A stretch of 35,023 nt of DNA. It comes from a virus (Duplodnaviria; Caudoviricetes). The stretch covers positions 1 to 35,023 of the IMG/VR virus record IMGVR_UViG_3300025803_000004. One strand, given 5' to 3'. The position numbers were made by a program, and so were the translations under genes. This document shows positions 18,587 through 25,898 of this stretch, piece by piece (positions within the stretch are counted from its first letter, which is position 1; every line of letters starts with the position of its first letter). Below the pieces are notes generated by a model. The model was not told where the DNA came from. It saw only the letters and a list, made by a program, of their open reading frames with translations, and searched no databases.

Positions 18587-19778
18587 AAAGTATCAAGCTC
18601 TATTCAATTCAAAGAATAGATATTTTGTAATTACTGGTGGTCGTGGAAGTGGAAAGTCATTTGCAGTCAATACCTTCTTAGTATTACTAACTTTTGAAAA
18701 AGGACATAGAATATTGTTTACTCGTTTTACGATGACTTCGGCAGGTATGTCTATTATACCTGAATTTATTGAGAAGCTAGAATTAATGGGTATTGCTCAA
18801 CAATTTACCATAACTAAAACAGAAATAATAAATAATTTAACAGGCAGTTCAATATACTTTTCTGGTATTAGAACAAGTAGTGGAGACCAAACTGCAAAGC
18901 TAAAATCAATTCAAGGGGTATCTACATTTGTATTAGATGAAGCAGAGGAATTAACTGATGAGGAAAGTTTTGACAAAATAGATTTTAGTATCAGAGCTAG
19001 AGAAGTGCCAAACAGATGTATATTAATTCTAAACCCTACTACAAAAGAGAATTGGATATACCAACGATTCTTTCAAAACAGGGGAGTTCCTGATGGATTT
19101 AATGGCAATAAGAATGATATAACTTATATTCATACTACATACTTAGATAATCTTGAACACTTATCTAAATCGTTTGTTGAACAAATAGAAGATATGAAAG
19201 TAAGGAGACCAGAGAAATATAAACATCAGATTATGGGTGGATGGTTGCAAAGAGCAGAGGGAGTTATATTTACTCATTGGAATATAGGTAAATTCAATAA
19301 GGATATAGATTCAATATTTGGATTAGACTTTGGTTTTAGTGTTGACCCCTCAGCTTTAGTTGAAGTGGCAATAGACAAATCTAGGAAAATTATTTGGTTA
19401 AAAGAACATTTTTATAAAACAGGATTAACAACAAGTCAGATATTTGATTTAGCAATTCGATATTGTGGTAAGAATTTAATTGTAGCAGATAATTCTGAGC
19501 CAAGACTTTTGACTGAATTAAAAGTAAAAGGATTAAATATAGTGCCAACAATAAAAAAGAAAGGAAGTATATTAACAGGAATTACTTTAATGCAAGATTA
19601 TCAAATAGTCATTGACAATTCAAGTATAAATCTAATTCGTGAATTTAATAATTATGCTTGGAAATTAACAAATTCAATTCCTCAAGACAAATTCAATCAT
19701 GCTATTGATGGAAGTAGATATTCAATTCAATATTTATTAACTCGTTCAGTACCTCATGGTAGCTATTTTGTAAAATAA
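18564..19778 (+). CDS. terL: Terminase large subunit (PBSX/SPP1-like)
   Basis: Walker A GGRGSGKS, Walker B FVLDEAEE, LNP, GLDFGF..DP, NHAIDGSRY. Confidence 0.95.
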   Translation: MKNLNLNKKYQALFNSKNRYFVITGGRGSGKSFAVNTFLVLLTFEKGHRILFTRFTMTSAGMSIIPEFIEKLELMGIAQQFTITKTEIINNLTGSSIYFSGIRTSSGDQTAKLKSIQGVSTFVLDEAEELTDEESFDKIDFSIRAREVPNRCILILNPTTKENWIYQRFFQNRGVPDGFNGNKNDITYIHTTYLDNLEHLSKSFVEQIEDMKVRRPEKYKHQIMGGWLQRAEGVIFTHWNIGKFNKDIDSIFGLDFGFSVDPSALVEVAIDKSRKIIWLKEHFYKTGLTTSQIFDLAIRYCGKNLIVADNSEPRLLTELKVKGLNIVPTIKKKGSILTGITLMQDYQIVIDNSSINLIREFNNYAWKLTNSIPQDKFNHAIDGSRYSIQYLLTRSVPHGSYFVK

Positions 19779-19814
19779 TTTACAGAGGTAGATTAAACTT
19801 TTTATATTTTTTAT

Positions 19815-19845
19815 TTGGATATGTCATGTGGAATGTATAGTATTG
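19815..19845 (+). promoter_or_regulatory. Early host-type promoter TTGGATATGTCA...TAGTATTG
   Basis: Matches the promoters at 23096 and 24093. Confidence 0.7.
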
Positions 19846-19867
19846 TATAAACATTAAAACAATTATT

Positions 19868-20110
19868 ATGAAAACAATTAAAATAAATGCTTATCAATTT
19901 GATGAGCTATCAAACGATTCAAAATTTAATGTAAAATGTTGGTTGGATGAATTTCCAATTGAATACGAAGATGAATTGCCAAGTGGCGAACTTGTTACAA
20001 AGTATCAATATTTTACGGAAGAAGATGATGAATTTTCATCTGAAACTTGCAGAATAAATGAATATTTATTTACTAAACAGGGTAAACCAATACATCATTT
20101 GAAGATATGA
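19868..20110 (+). CDS. Hypothetical early protein
   Basis: First ORF after the promoter. Confidence 0.75.
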   Translation: MKTIKINAYQFDELSNDSKFNVKCWLDEFPIEYEDELPSGELVTKYQYFTEEDDEFSSETCRINEYLFTKQGKPIHHLKI

Positions 20111-20241
20111 AAAAAGCAAACATTAAAGCAACCTTAAAAAGATACGATGAGAACAGATATTTTCATCGTGCAGACTTTGATATTATTATGAAAAATAATA
20201 TTAAGATATTAGATGAATCCATTAAAAACAAAAAGAAATGA
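20107..20241 (+). CDS. 44 aa micro-ORF
   Basis: ATGA overlaps at both ends; MKKANIKATLKRYD... Confidence 0.65.
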   Translation: MKKANIKATLKRYDENRYFHRADFDIIMKNNIKILDESIKNKKK

Positions 20242-20375
20242 AACAAAGAAAACATACAATAGACGAGTTAAAACAATTAGTTTCTGTATTTAATTTCAGG
20301 CATCAATTTACAAATGATAGTGTACTGATGTCTGGAGATTTAAAAAAGTTAAACGAATTAATAGATAACTTATGA
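20238..20375 (+). CDS. 45 aa micro-ORF
   Basis: ATGA-coupled; MKQRKHTIDELKQL... Confidence 0.65.
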   Translation: MKQRKHTIDELKQLVSVFNFRHQFTNDSVLMSGDLKKLNELIDNL

Positions 20376-20539
20376 AACGAAGAGAAAAAATAATAGAATG
20401 TGCTGAGGGCATTATAGATTATATGTCTGAGCAAATGATTATGCCAAGAATATTTGAAGATTTTGGTAACGAGTTAGAAGCAGAGGAATATATAGAAATA
20501 GCAAACAAAGTCTATAATCAAATTAAATTAAGAATGTAA
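20372..20539 (+). CDS. 55 aa micro-ORF
   Basis: ATGA/TAATG-coupled; MKRREKIIECAEG... Confidence 0.7.
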   Translation: MKRREKIIECAEGIIDYMSEQMIMPRIFEDFGNELEAEEYIEIANKVYNQIKLRM

Positions 20540-20718
20540 TGAGCATAAAAGAATTAAGGCAAAAAATGAGTATGCTTGAAGATGAAGTTGATTGGTGGAG
20601 AACATATGGAGAATATGTTTCACGAGTTTATAGAAATGTAGATGCTGAAGCTTCTGGGTATGCTGATGGAGATGATGAATATAAAGACAACTTTAATAAA
20701 AATGCAGATAACTTATGA
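20539..20718 (+). CDS. 59 aa micro-ORF
   Basis: Coupled; MSIKELRQKMSMLEDEVDWWRTYGEY... Confidence 0.7.
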   Translation: MSIKELRQKMSMLEDEVDWWRTYGEYVSRVYRNVDAEASGYADGDDEYKDNFNKNADNL

Positions 20719-20867
20719 AAACAATTTGGCAAATCAGAGAAATGGATATTGAAGATTTAAAAGATGAGCTTACTGAATTAGGAGATAGAATTAAATATGA
20801 TTATTCAAATAGTAAAGATTTAAAATACTTTAGAAAACTACAAAACGAATTTAATAATAGAATATGA
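20715..20867 (+). CDS. 50 aa micro-ORF
   Basis: ATGA-coupled; MKTIWQIREMDIEDL... Confidence 0.7.
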   Translation: MKTIWQIREMDIEDLKDELTELGDRIKYDYSNSKDLKYFRKLQNEFNNRI

Positions 20868-21022
20868 GAACACTAGGAAGAATATTAAGAAAGTTCTTTG
20901 GCACAAACAAAGAGCAATATTGGTTATGTATCCCAAGATACATGGATAGCAAGAAAGCTAAGGATTTGTTCATTATGGACACAATAGAATTTTTAACAAG
21001 TAAAATACAAACAGATGACTAG
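20864..21022 (+). CDS. 52 aa micro-ORF
   Basis: ATGA-coupled; MRTLGRILRKFFG... Confidence 0.65.
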   Translation: MRTLGRILRKFFGTNKEQYWLCIPRYMDSKKAKDLFIMDTIEFLTSKIQTDD

Positions 21023-21185
21023 AACACCAGACATAGTTAGAGTGGAAATAAACCACTTAAGACAATTACTAAACAATGCAACAGAAAAGAATAAAGAATA
21101 TGAAAATAAAATTGCAGAGTTAGAAGCTAAACTTGATGTATATCATAAAAACTTAGAGCATGAGTACAGAAAGCAAAATGTTTAA
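21015..21185 (+). CDS. 56 aa coiled-coil micro-ORF
   Basis: Overlaps both neighbours; MTRTPDIVRVEINHLRQLL... Confidence 0.65.
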   Translation: MTRTPDIVRVEINHLRQLLNNATEKNKEYENKIAELEAKLDVYHKNLEHEYRKQNV

Positions 21186-21357
21186 TTATATTTTTGCCAT
21201 AAAAGAACATGGCGAAAACATATATTTAAAAGAATTTAAAACTGATAGAACTCCTGAATGGACTAAATCAGAATATTGTAGAAACAGGAAAATAGAATAT
21301 ATGAATCTATTATCTAAAGAAGAATATAACACTTATTACAAAGATTTAAAACAATGA
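21160..21357 (+). CDS. Hypothetical protein
   Basis: ORF track; stop overlaps the next start. Confidence 0.7.
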   Translation: MSTESKMFNYIFAIKEHGENIYLKEFKTDRTPEWTKSEYCRNRKIEYMNLLSKEEYNTYYKDLKQ

Positions 21358-21653
21358 AAACAACTTTAGAAGAATTAAAAGAATATAATAGAAGTTTAAT
21401 ATCTACACCAAGAGGTAATGATTTAAATACACTAGAAAATGATGTGTTAATTGAAGTAACATCTCATTGGCAAATAAAAGGAGAGGAGAAAGAGAATAGT
21501 GAGGTTTTAGCGAGGTTAGAGATATATAGTTATACAATTACTCAACAAGAGTTAGAAGTGTTGTTAGAATCGCTTAAAATGATTTATACACTACATCCTG
21601 ATGGAGAGATAAAAATGAAAGTAATTCATAATCACGATTACTTAAATTGTTAA
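21354..21653 (+). CDS. Hypothetical protein
   Basis: ORF track; A-rich start region. Confidence 0.75.
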   Translation: MKTTLEELKEYNRSLISTPRGNDLNTLENDVLIEVTSHWQIKGEEKENSEVLARLEIYSYTITQQELEVLLESLKMIYTLHPDGEIKMKVIHNHDYLNC

Positions 21654-21663
21654 TTCAATAGCT

Positions 21664-21924
21664 ATGCAACATAAATTTGTTAGAGAGCTTGTAGTGTTTA
21701 AATTTAAAAGTATTCGTAAAGCTACAAAAAGAGCTAAGTTGTTTGTTGATTATGATAATTCAATGGTTTGGATACCAAATTATATGATATTTAGGTATAA
21801 TTGGAATAAAGAAAAAAAAGTTGTAAATGTCATGTGTCCTAAAAAACATTTAGTTACAATTTTAAATCAACCAAGACATAAATACGAATATAAAAGGCAC
21901 GATAAAAATAAATTTAATACATAA
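21664..21924 (+). CDS. Hypothetical basic protein
   Basis: ORF track; last gene before the terminator. Confidence 0.7.
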   Translation: MQHKFVRELVVFKFKSIRKATKRAKLFVDYDNSMVWIPNYMIFRYNWNKEKKVVNVMCPKKHLVTILNQPRHKYEYKRHDKNKFNT

Positions 21925-21956
21925 ATTCAATATACATAAATTTAATCCATGTTTTT

Positions 21957-21995
21957 ACCCCTGTCAATTTAATAGCAATTCGATGGGGGTTTTTT
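21957..21995 (+). terminator. Intrinsic terminator preceded by anti-start TCCATGTTTTTA
   Basis: ACCCCTGTC...GATGGGGGT plus T run. Confidence 0.8.
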
Positions 21996-22036
21996 ATAAC
22001 CTATAAATATAAATAAAAATTATTTACACTTGACAT

Positions 22037-22066
22037 TTGGTCATATGGAATATTATAGTTAACTTG
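22037..22066 (+). promoter_or_regulatory. Early host-type promoter TTGGTCATATGG...TTAACTTG
   Basis: TTG-N19-octamer ending TTG, upstream of 22093. Confidence 0.55.
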
Positions 22067-22092
22067 CCAATGTTTAACTAAAAATATATAAC

Positions 22093-22662
22093 ATGGAAAC
22101 AAAACAAAAAACATTTACAGAATTCACTCCGATTGGCAAAACTTATTGGAATGATGAGGGGTTTTATCAAAAAGAATATACTGAGCATTATGATTGGTAT
22201 GTCCCAAATTCAGGCGATGCGCCAACAATTCATGGCGAATTATTAAGAGCAGTTTCAAGGTTACATTACGATTATTTTAACAATGGTAATTGCAATGTGC
22301 AAGAGGTGATTGAAGAAGATTGTCCTGATTGTTATGGTACAGGTTGGCAAGAAAGTGATTATGATGATGAAGAAGAAATTGATTGCTCAAGTTGTGGTGG
22401 TAATTGCACTTGGGAAACAGGGGTTGAAATCAATGAGTATTATCAAAGAATGATTGACTTTCTACAAGAATATTCTAATGCCCAAAACGAGATTGATGAG
22501 TTGGTTAAATTTTTAACCGATTATTATCATTATAGAAAACCTAATTTATTTGCTGAAAAGAATGAGCAACTTTATACAAGATTGGTCGATAAAATCATGC
22601 AACAGATTTTAACTGAAGGTAAAGATGGAAATAAACCGAACCCTAAATTTAAAAACATATAA
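22093..22662 (+). CDS. Hypothetical early protein with inserted DnaJ-type zinc-finger motifs
   Basis: VPNSGDAPTIHGELLRA...YDYFNNG core; CPDCYGTG and CSSCGG. Confidence 0.8.
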   Translation: METKQKTFTEFTPIGKTYWNDEGFYQKEYTEHYDWYVPNSGDAPTIHGELLRAVSRLHYDYFNNGNCNVQEVIEEDCPDCYGTGWQESDYDDEEEIDCSSCGGNCTWETGVEINEYYQRMIDFLQEYSNAQNEIDELVKFLTDYYHYRKPNLFAEKNEQLYTRLVDKIMQQILTEGKDGNKPNPKFKNI

Positions 22663-22663
22663 T

Positions 22664-22816
22664 ATGCACAGAATAGAAAGAAACATTTTGCACCACGCAA
22701 AACAAAATAGAGAATTAAGAAAATATTTAATGCACAGAGACGAAATGTCTAACGGAATTATAAAAAGAACTTATTTAAACAAAGATGGTTCAATTCATAG
22801 TGTTAGATATTTTTAA
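22664..22816 (+). CDS. 50 aa hypothetical protein (start moved to 22664)
   Basis: In-frame ATG just after the upstream stop. Confidence 0.6.
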   Translation: MHRIERNILHHAKQNRELRKYLMHRDEMSNGIIKRTYLNKDGSIHSVRYF

Positions 22817-22837
22817 AAAATTATGTTCATGTTTTTT

Positions 22838-22867
22838 AAGGGGGTCAATTTAGACCCTCTTTTTTTT
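22838..22867 (+). terminator. Intrinsic terminator preceded by anti-start TTCATGTTTTTT
   Basis: AGGGGGTC-aattta-GACCCTCT plus T run. Confidence 0.85.
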
Positions 22868-22883
22868 GTGTTTGATTTAAATA

Positions 22884-22911
22884 ATTTAACATAATGTAAG
22901 TTATAATTCAT
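22884..22911 (-). other. XerCD dif-like recombination site 1
   Basis: Minus strand ATGAATTATAA-CTTACA-TTATGTTAAAT: canonical XerD arm, 6-bp spacer, XerC arm ending ATAA. Confidence 0.8.
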
Positions 22912-23094
22912 TTTATAAATACTAAAAGTTAGATATTGTATTAAATCTCCATATGCCAAATAAAGCGCTTTTTAAGCGATTTAACGAATTATCTATGTTC
23001 TGTAATATATTACCCTTCAAAAAAAAAGTTATGCCAATAGCGACAATTTTCCTGAGGTAGAAAAATGACCATAAAAAAAATATTTAATAAAACA

Positions 23095-23126
23095 CTTGCA
23101 TATGTCAGTTGCGTTTTGTAGTATTG
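23095..23126 (+). promoter_or_regulatory. Early promoter, copy 1 of a 32-bp repeat
   Basis: CTTGCATATGTCAGTTGCGTTTTGTAGTATTG; 30/32 identical to 24092-24123. Confidence 0.8.
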
Positions 23127-23152
23127 AAAATATTAATTTTAAACTATAAAAT

Positions 23153-23314
23153 ATGAAAATACCTAAAGACACAAACTTTGTAAATTACAATGATTTGAAC
23201 CCACTTCAACAAAAGTACATTGATGATTGCCTTTTGTTAGAAAACATGGGTTTGCCAAATGATTTATTTGATGACTTGTATAGAGCAATATATAAAATAG
23301 AAAACAAAAAATAA
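23153..23314 (+). CDS. 53 aa micro-ORF
   Basis: MKIPKDTNFVNYNDL..., after the promoter. Confidence 0.65.
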   Translation: MKIPKDTNFVNYNDLNPLQQKYIDDCLLLENMGLPNDLFDDLYRAIYKIENKK

Positions 23315-23331
23315 TTTAAAACAACAAAAAC

Positions 23332-23505
23332 ATGGCAATTAAAAAACACACATTAGAACGAGCACAAAGACACACCGACAGAGATTTGTCGATGCTGACT
23401 GACTCAGGAGTCGTAAATTGTTTAATATCTACAATTGAAGAACTCAAAAGAGAAATATTAAAAGAATGTCGGGACCAAATATCTGATTATTCAGATGATA
23501 TATAG
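23332..23505 (+). CDS. 57 aa micro-ORF
   Basis: AAAAACATGG start; MAIKKHTLERAQRH... Confidence 0.7.
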   Translation: MAIKKHTLERAQRHTDRDLSMLTDSGVVNCLISTIEELKREILKECRDQISDYSDDI

Positions 23506-23527
23506 AACCATTTAAAACAATAAAAAC

Positions 23528-23959
23528 ATGGGAAAAGATTTAATAATTGGTGGACTCATTAGAAACATGAGAAAGCAAGAAAAAGCACCTAAAGACAAAT
23601 TTAAACATTTAGTCAAGTTGGGAAATGTAATTGATTTTACTTGGTGGGATTTGTATGGCAAAGGACAAGCAGAAAGAGTAATTGTCAGCACAGATAGTGA
23701 GGGCAGACCTCAAGTTAAATTCAAAGATACTTATTGGACCATAGAATGGATTGAGATTGTTGATATAAAGGAGCATGGTTGGTACACAAAAGAAAGGATT
23801 GAGAGATATAAAAAAGATGTTGAAACCCATATTGACATATCATTAGAAAATGATAAGGATGTTTTGTGGTGGAGTGTTGAAGAATATCTTTATCATCACA
23901 CTAACGATTGTGAATCTGATTGGGAGGGCGAAGATGATTGTGATTGTGAAGATGATTAA
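23528..23959 (+). CDS. Hypothetical protein with acidic Cys-containing tail
   Basis: ORF track; TAAAAACATGG start. Confidence 0.75.
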   Translation: MGKDLIIGGLIRNMRKQEKAPKDKFKHLVKLGNVIDFTWWDLYGKGQAERVIVSTDSEGRPQVKFKDTYWTIEWIEIVDIKEHGWYTKERIERYKKDVETHIDISLENDKDVLWWSVEEYLYHHTNDCESDWEGEDDCDCEDD

Positions 23960-23985
23960 ATAAATTCAATACTTAAAAATTCAAT

Positions 23986-24023
23986 ACCCTGTGAATTCAA
24001 TATGAATTTAACGGGGTTTTTTT
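23986..24023 (+). terminator. Intrinsic terminator with AATTYAA motifs in the hairpin
   Basis: ACCCTGT...ACGGGGT plus T run; similar to the hairpin at 21957. Confidence 0.8.
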
Positions 24024-24091
24024 GTGCTTAATTTTGGCAAGATATATCAAACCTAATTTATAAAGCTAATAAAAAAATAATTAAAAAAGTT

Positions 24092-24123
24092 CTTGCATAT
24101 GTCAGTTGCGTTTCGTAATATTG
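24092..24123 (+). promoter_or_regulatory. Early promoter, copy 2 of the 32-bp repeat
   Basis: CTTGCATATGTCAGTTGCGTTTCGTAATATTG. Confidence 0.8.
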
Positions 24124-24177
24124 TTTCTAAGTTCATTGACATCTCGGAAAACAAAGTAAAATCTAAAATTTAAAAAC

Positions 24178-24438
24178 ATGGAAAAACAAATTTTAAAAGT
24201 TATTAATTCTGATACTTTCGCAGTTTATCAAGGATACACAAAGGAGCATATTAAAAATATGTCTGGAAAAAGTATTTTTGAGCAAGGCGCAAGACAGACA
24301 CAAAATGGCAAACATTTATTAATGTGTTATAAAATTGCCGAAGGGATTTTTAACCCTTACCATATTTGGTTTAATAATAAATCAAAAGCATTGAGAGTAA
24401 AAAAATTAATTTCTAAACTATATGAAAACAATAATTAA
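24178..24438 (+). CDS. Hypothetical protein
   Basis: ORF track; TAAAAACATGGA start. Confidence 0.75.
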   Translation: MEKQILKVINSDTFAVYQGYTKEHIKNMSGKSIFEQGARQTQNGKHLLMCYKIAEGIFNPYHIWFNNKSKALRVKKLISKLYENNN

Positions 24439-24442
24439 AAAC

Positions 24443-24727
24443 ATGGAAGAAATACAAAAACAAGTTAAAAAAATTGTAATTGAATATTTAGTCAAAGACG
24501 GACACTTAAATATGTTCGCATTAACTGAATTTATTTATTTTGACATGAGTAAAGAACTCGGAAAGTCAATAATTGGATTAGAGAATTATAAAAAAGCTAA
24601 CCCAGACCGAATAAAAGAAATAGACATGAAAATATGTTTAGCTCATGACATCGGAGGAATTTTAAGAGGTGATAAAATGTTTATCCCTCGCTCATTATCT
24701 TATACTGAATATTATGAAAACAATTAA
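24443..24727 (+). CDS. Hypothetical protein (start probably 24443)
   Basis: TAAAAACATGGA start context follows the upstream stop. Confidence 0.7.
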   Translation: MEEIQKQVKKIVIEYLVKDGHLNMFALTEFIYFDMSKELGKSIIGLENYKKANPDRIKEIDMKICLAHDIGGILRGDKMFIPRSLSYTEYYENN

Positions 24728-24866
24728 AAACTTAATTATTAAAGCCCTTGAGATTTATTCTTTTGGGCTTTTCACACTCTTTTTGATAGTGTTGGGAGGG
24801 TTACTATTATTTGAGGTAATTATGCCTTTATTCTATCAATTTTTATTATTAATCTTTAAACTATAA
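24714..24866 (+). CDS. 50 aa membrane protein (start moved to 24714)
   Basis: Mostly hydrophobic sequence. Confidence 0.65.
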   Translation: MKTIKNLIIKALEIYSFGLFTLFLIVLGGLLLFEVIMPLFYQFLLLIFKL

Positions 24867-24870
24867 AACA

Positions 24871-25152
24871 ATGAAAACATTTGTAAGAAATTTAGAAAGC
24901 CCAAAGTCATTAAGACCTGTGGCAAATCAATTTATTATCTTTTCTGGTAATTATGAATACTTTCAGAGCTATGATTCATTAATAGCTAAGAAAAACATAA
25001 ACACAGGAAAATTAATCCTTGATGATTATTACTGGAATTATTCTCGAACAACTTCAAAGTACAGAAATCAATTTACAGGATTAACAACAAAGGAAACTGA
25101 GAAAGCTATAAAAGATAAACAAATAATATTAACTAATTTAAATCAAACATGA
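24871..25152 (+). CDS. Hypothetical phage protein
   Basis: FQSYDSLIA...WNYSRTTSKY motif, which I recall from other phage early proteins. Confidence 0.8.
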   Translation: MKTFVRNLESPKSLRPVANQFIIFSGNYEYFQSYDSLIAKKNINTGKLILDDYYWNYSRTTSKYRNQFTGLTTKETEKAIKDKQIILTNLNQT

Positions 25153-25208
25153 TATCATTAATTACTGGAGTGTTATTTATTATAACTTTAATAATCACAC
25201 TTAAATAA
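25149..25208 (+). CDS. 19 aa hydrophobic peptide
   Basis: MISLITGVLFIITLIITLK; ATGA-coupled and ends exactly at the terminator. Confidence 0.55.
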   Translation: MISLITGVLFIITLIITLK

Positions 25209-25239
25209 AAGAGGGGGACACAAAGTCCCCTTTTTTTTT
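25209..25239 (+). terminator. Intrinsic terminator
   Basis: GGGGGAC-acaaa-GTCCCCT plus T run. Confidence 0.9.
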
Positions 25240-25254
25240 GCTTCAAAGCTATTA

Positions 25255-25282
25255 ATTTAACATAATATTAATTATGGTGCAT
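25255..25282 (-). other. XerCD dif-like recombination site 2
   Basis: Minus strand ATGCACCATAA-TTAATA-TTATGTTAAAT. Confidence 0.82.
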
Positions 25283-25646
25283 TTAATAATAATTAAATTT
25301 TATTAATCATTCTAACCTGTTTTTTAAATCTTAAATCATAGCTGTAAAAATCTAAGTTGTTGGTAATCAGTTAAAAAAGATTAATTAAACTAAATTTTTT
25401 TATTATTCCTTTAAATTCCACCCAAAAGACACAATTTAAGCCATTAATTCAATTCTAGTGGTATGTTACCCTTATTTTATTGTAAAGTACGCTAAAAAGC
25501 ACCTTAAAATGACTCTGTGCGCTTGATTTAGTGTTATATTGATGAGTATGCCTGTTTGAAATCGCGCCAATGTTATTACTCCACTCTCTCTACAAACTAA
25601 GGTTTCCATCTGACACTTGTAAGTTCAATGTGAATTTAATACCTTT

Positions 25647-25898
25647 ATGAATCTAATGGGTAAAATGTTTTATACTGTTTTGAATCATACTTTAAATGCC
25701 GCAGGGTTTTGTATTGATAATGGGATTAAGGTGTATCCTGTGCCAAAGACACAGACGGAGTTTTACATTGAAGTAGATAATAATGGTAATATTACAAGAA
25801 GTCCTAAGACTTATGGAACAAAAGAATGGAGTGAGAAAGTATGTGAGATATATGTTCATTATTATAAAAAATTATCTCCAAATGTCAAAAAGTCATAA
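25647..25898 (+). CDS. Hypothetical protein
   Basis: ORF track; start uncertain (25647, 25656 or 25665). Confidence 0.7.
   Translation: MNLMGKMFYTVLNHTLNAAGFCIDNGIKVYPVPKTQTEFYIEVDNNGNITRSPKTYGTKEWSEKVCEIYVHYYKKLSPNVKKS

Noticed and set aside
19800-25650. Stop-codon reassignment explaining gaps in the ORF track
   Set aside because: Gaps are tiled by coupled micro-ORFs in the standard code, and long genes are intact.
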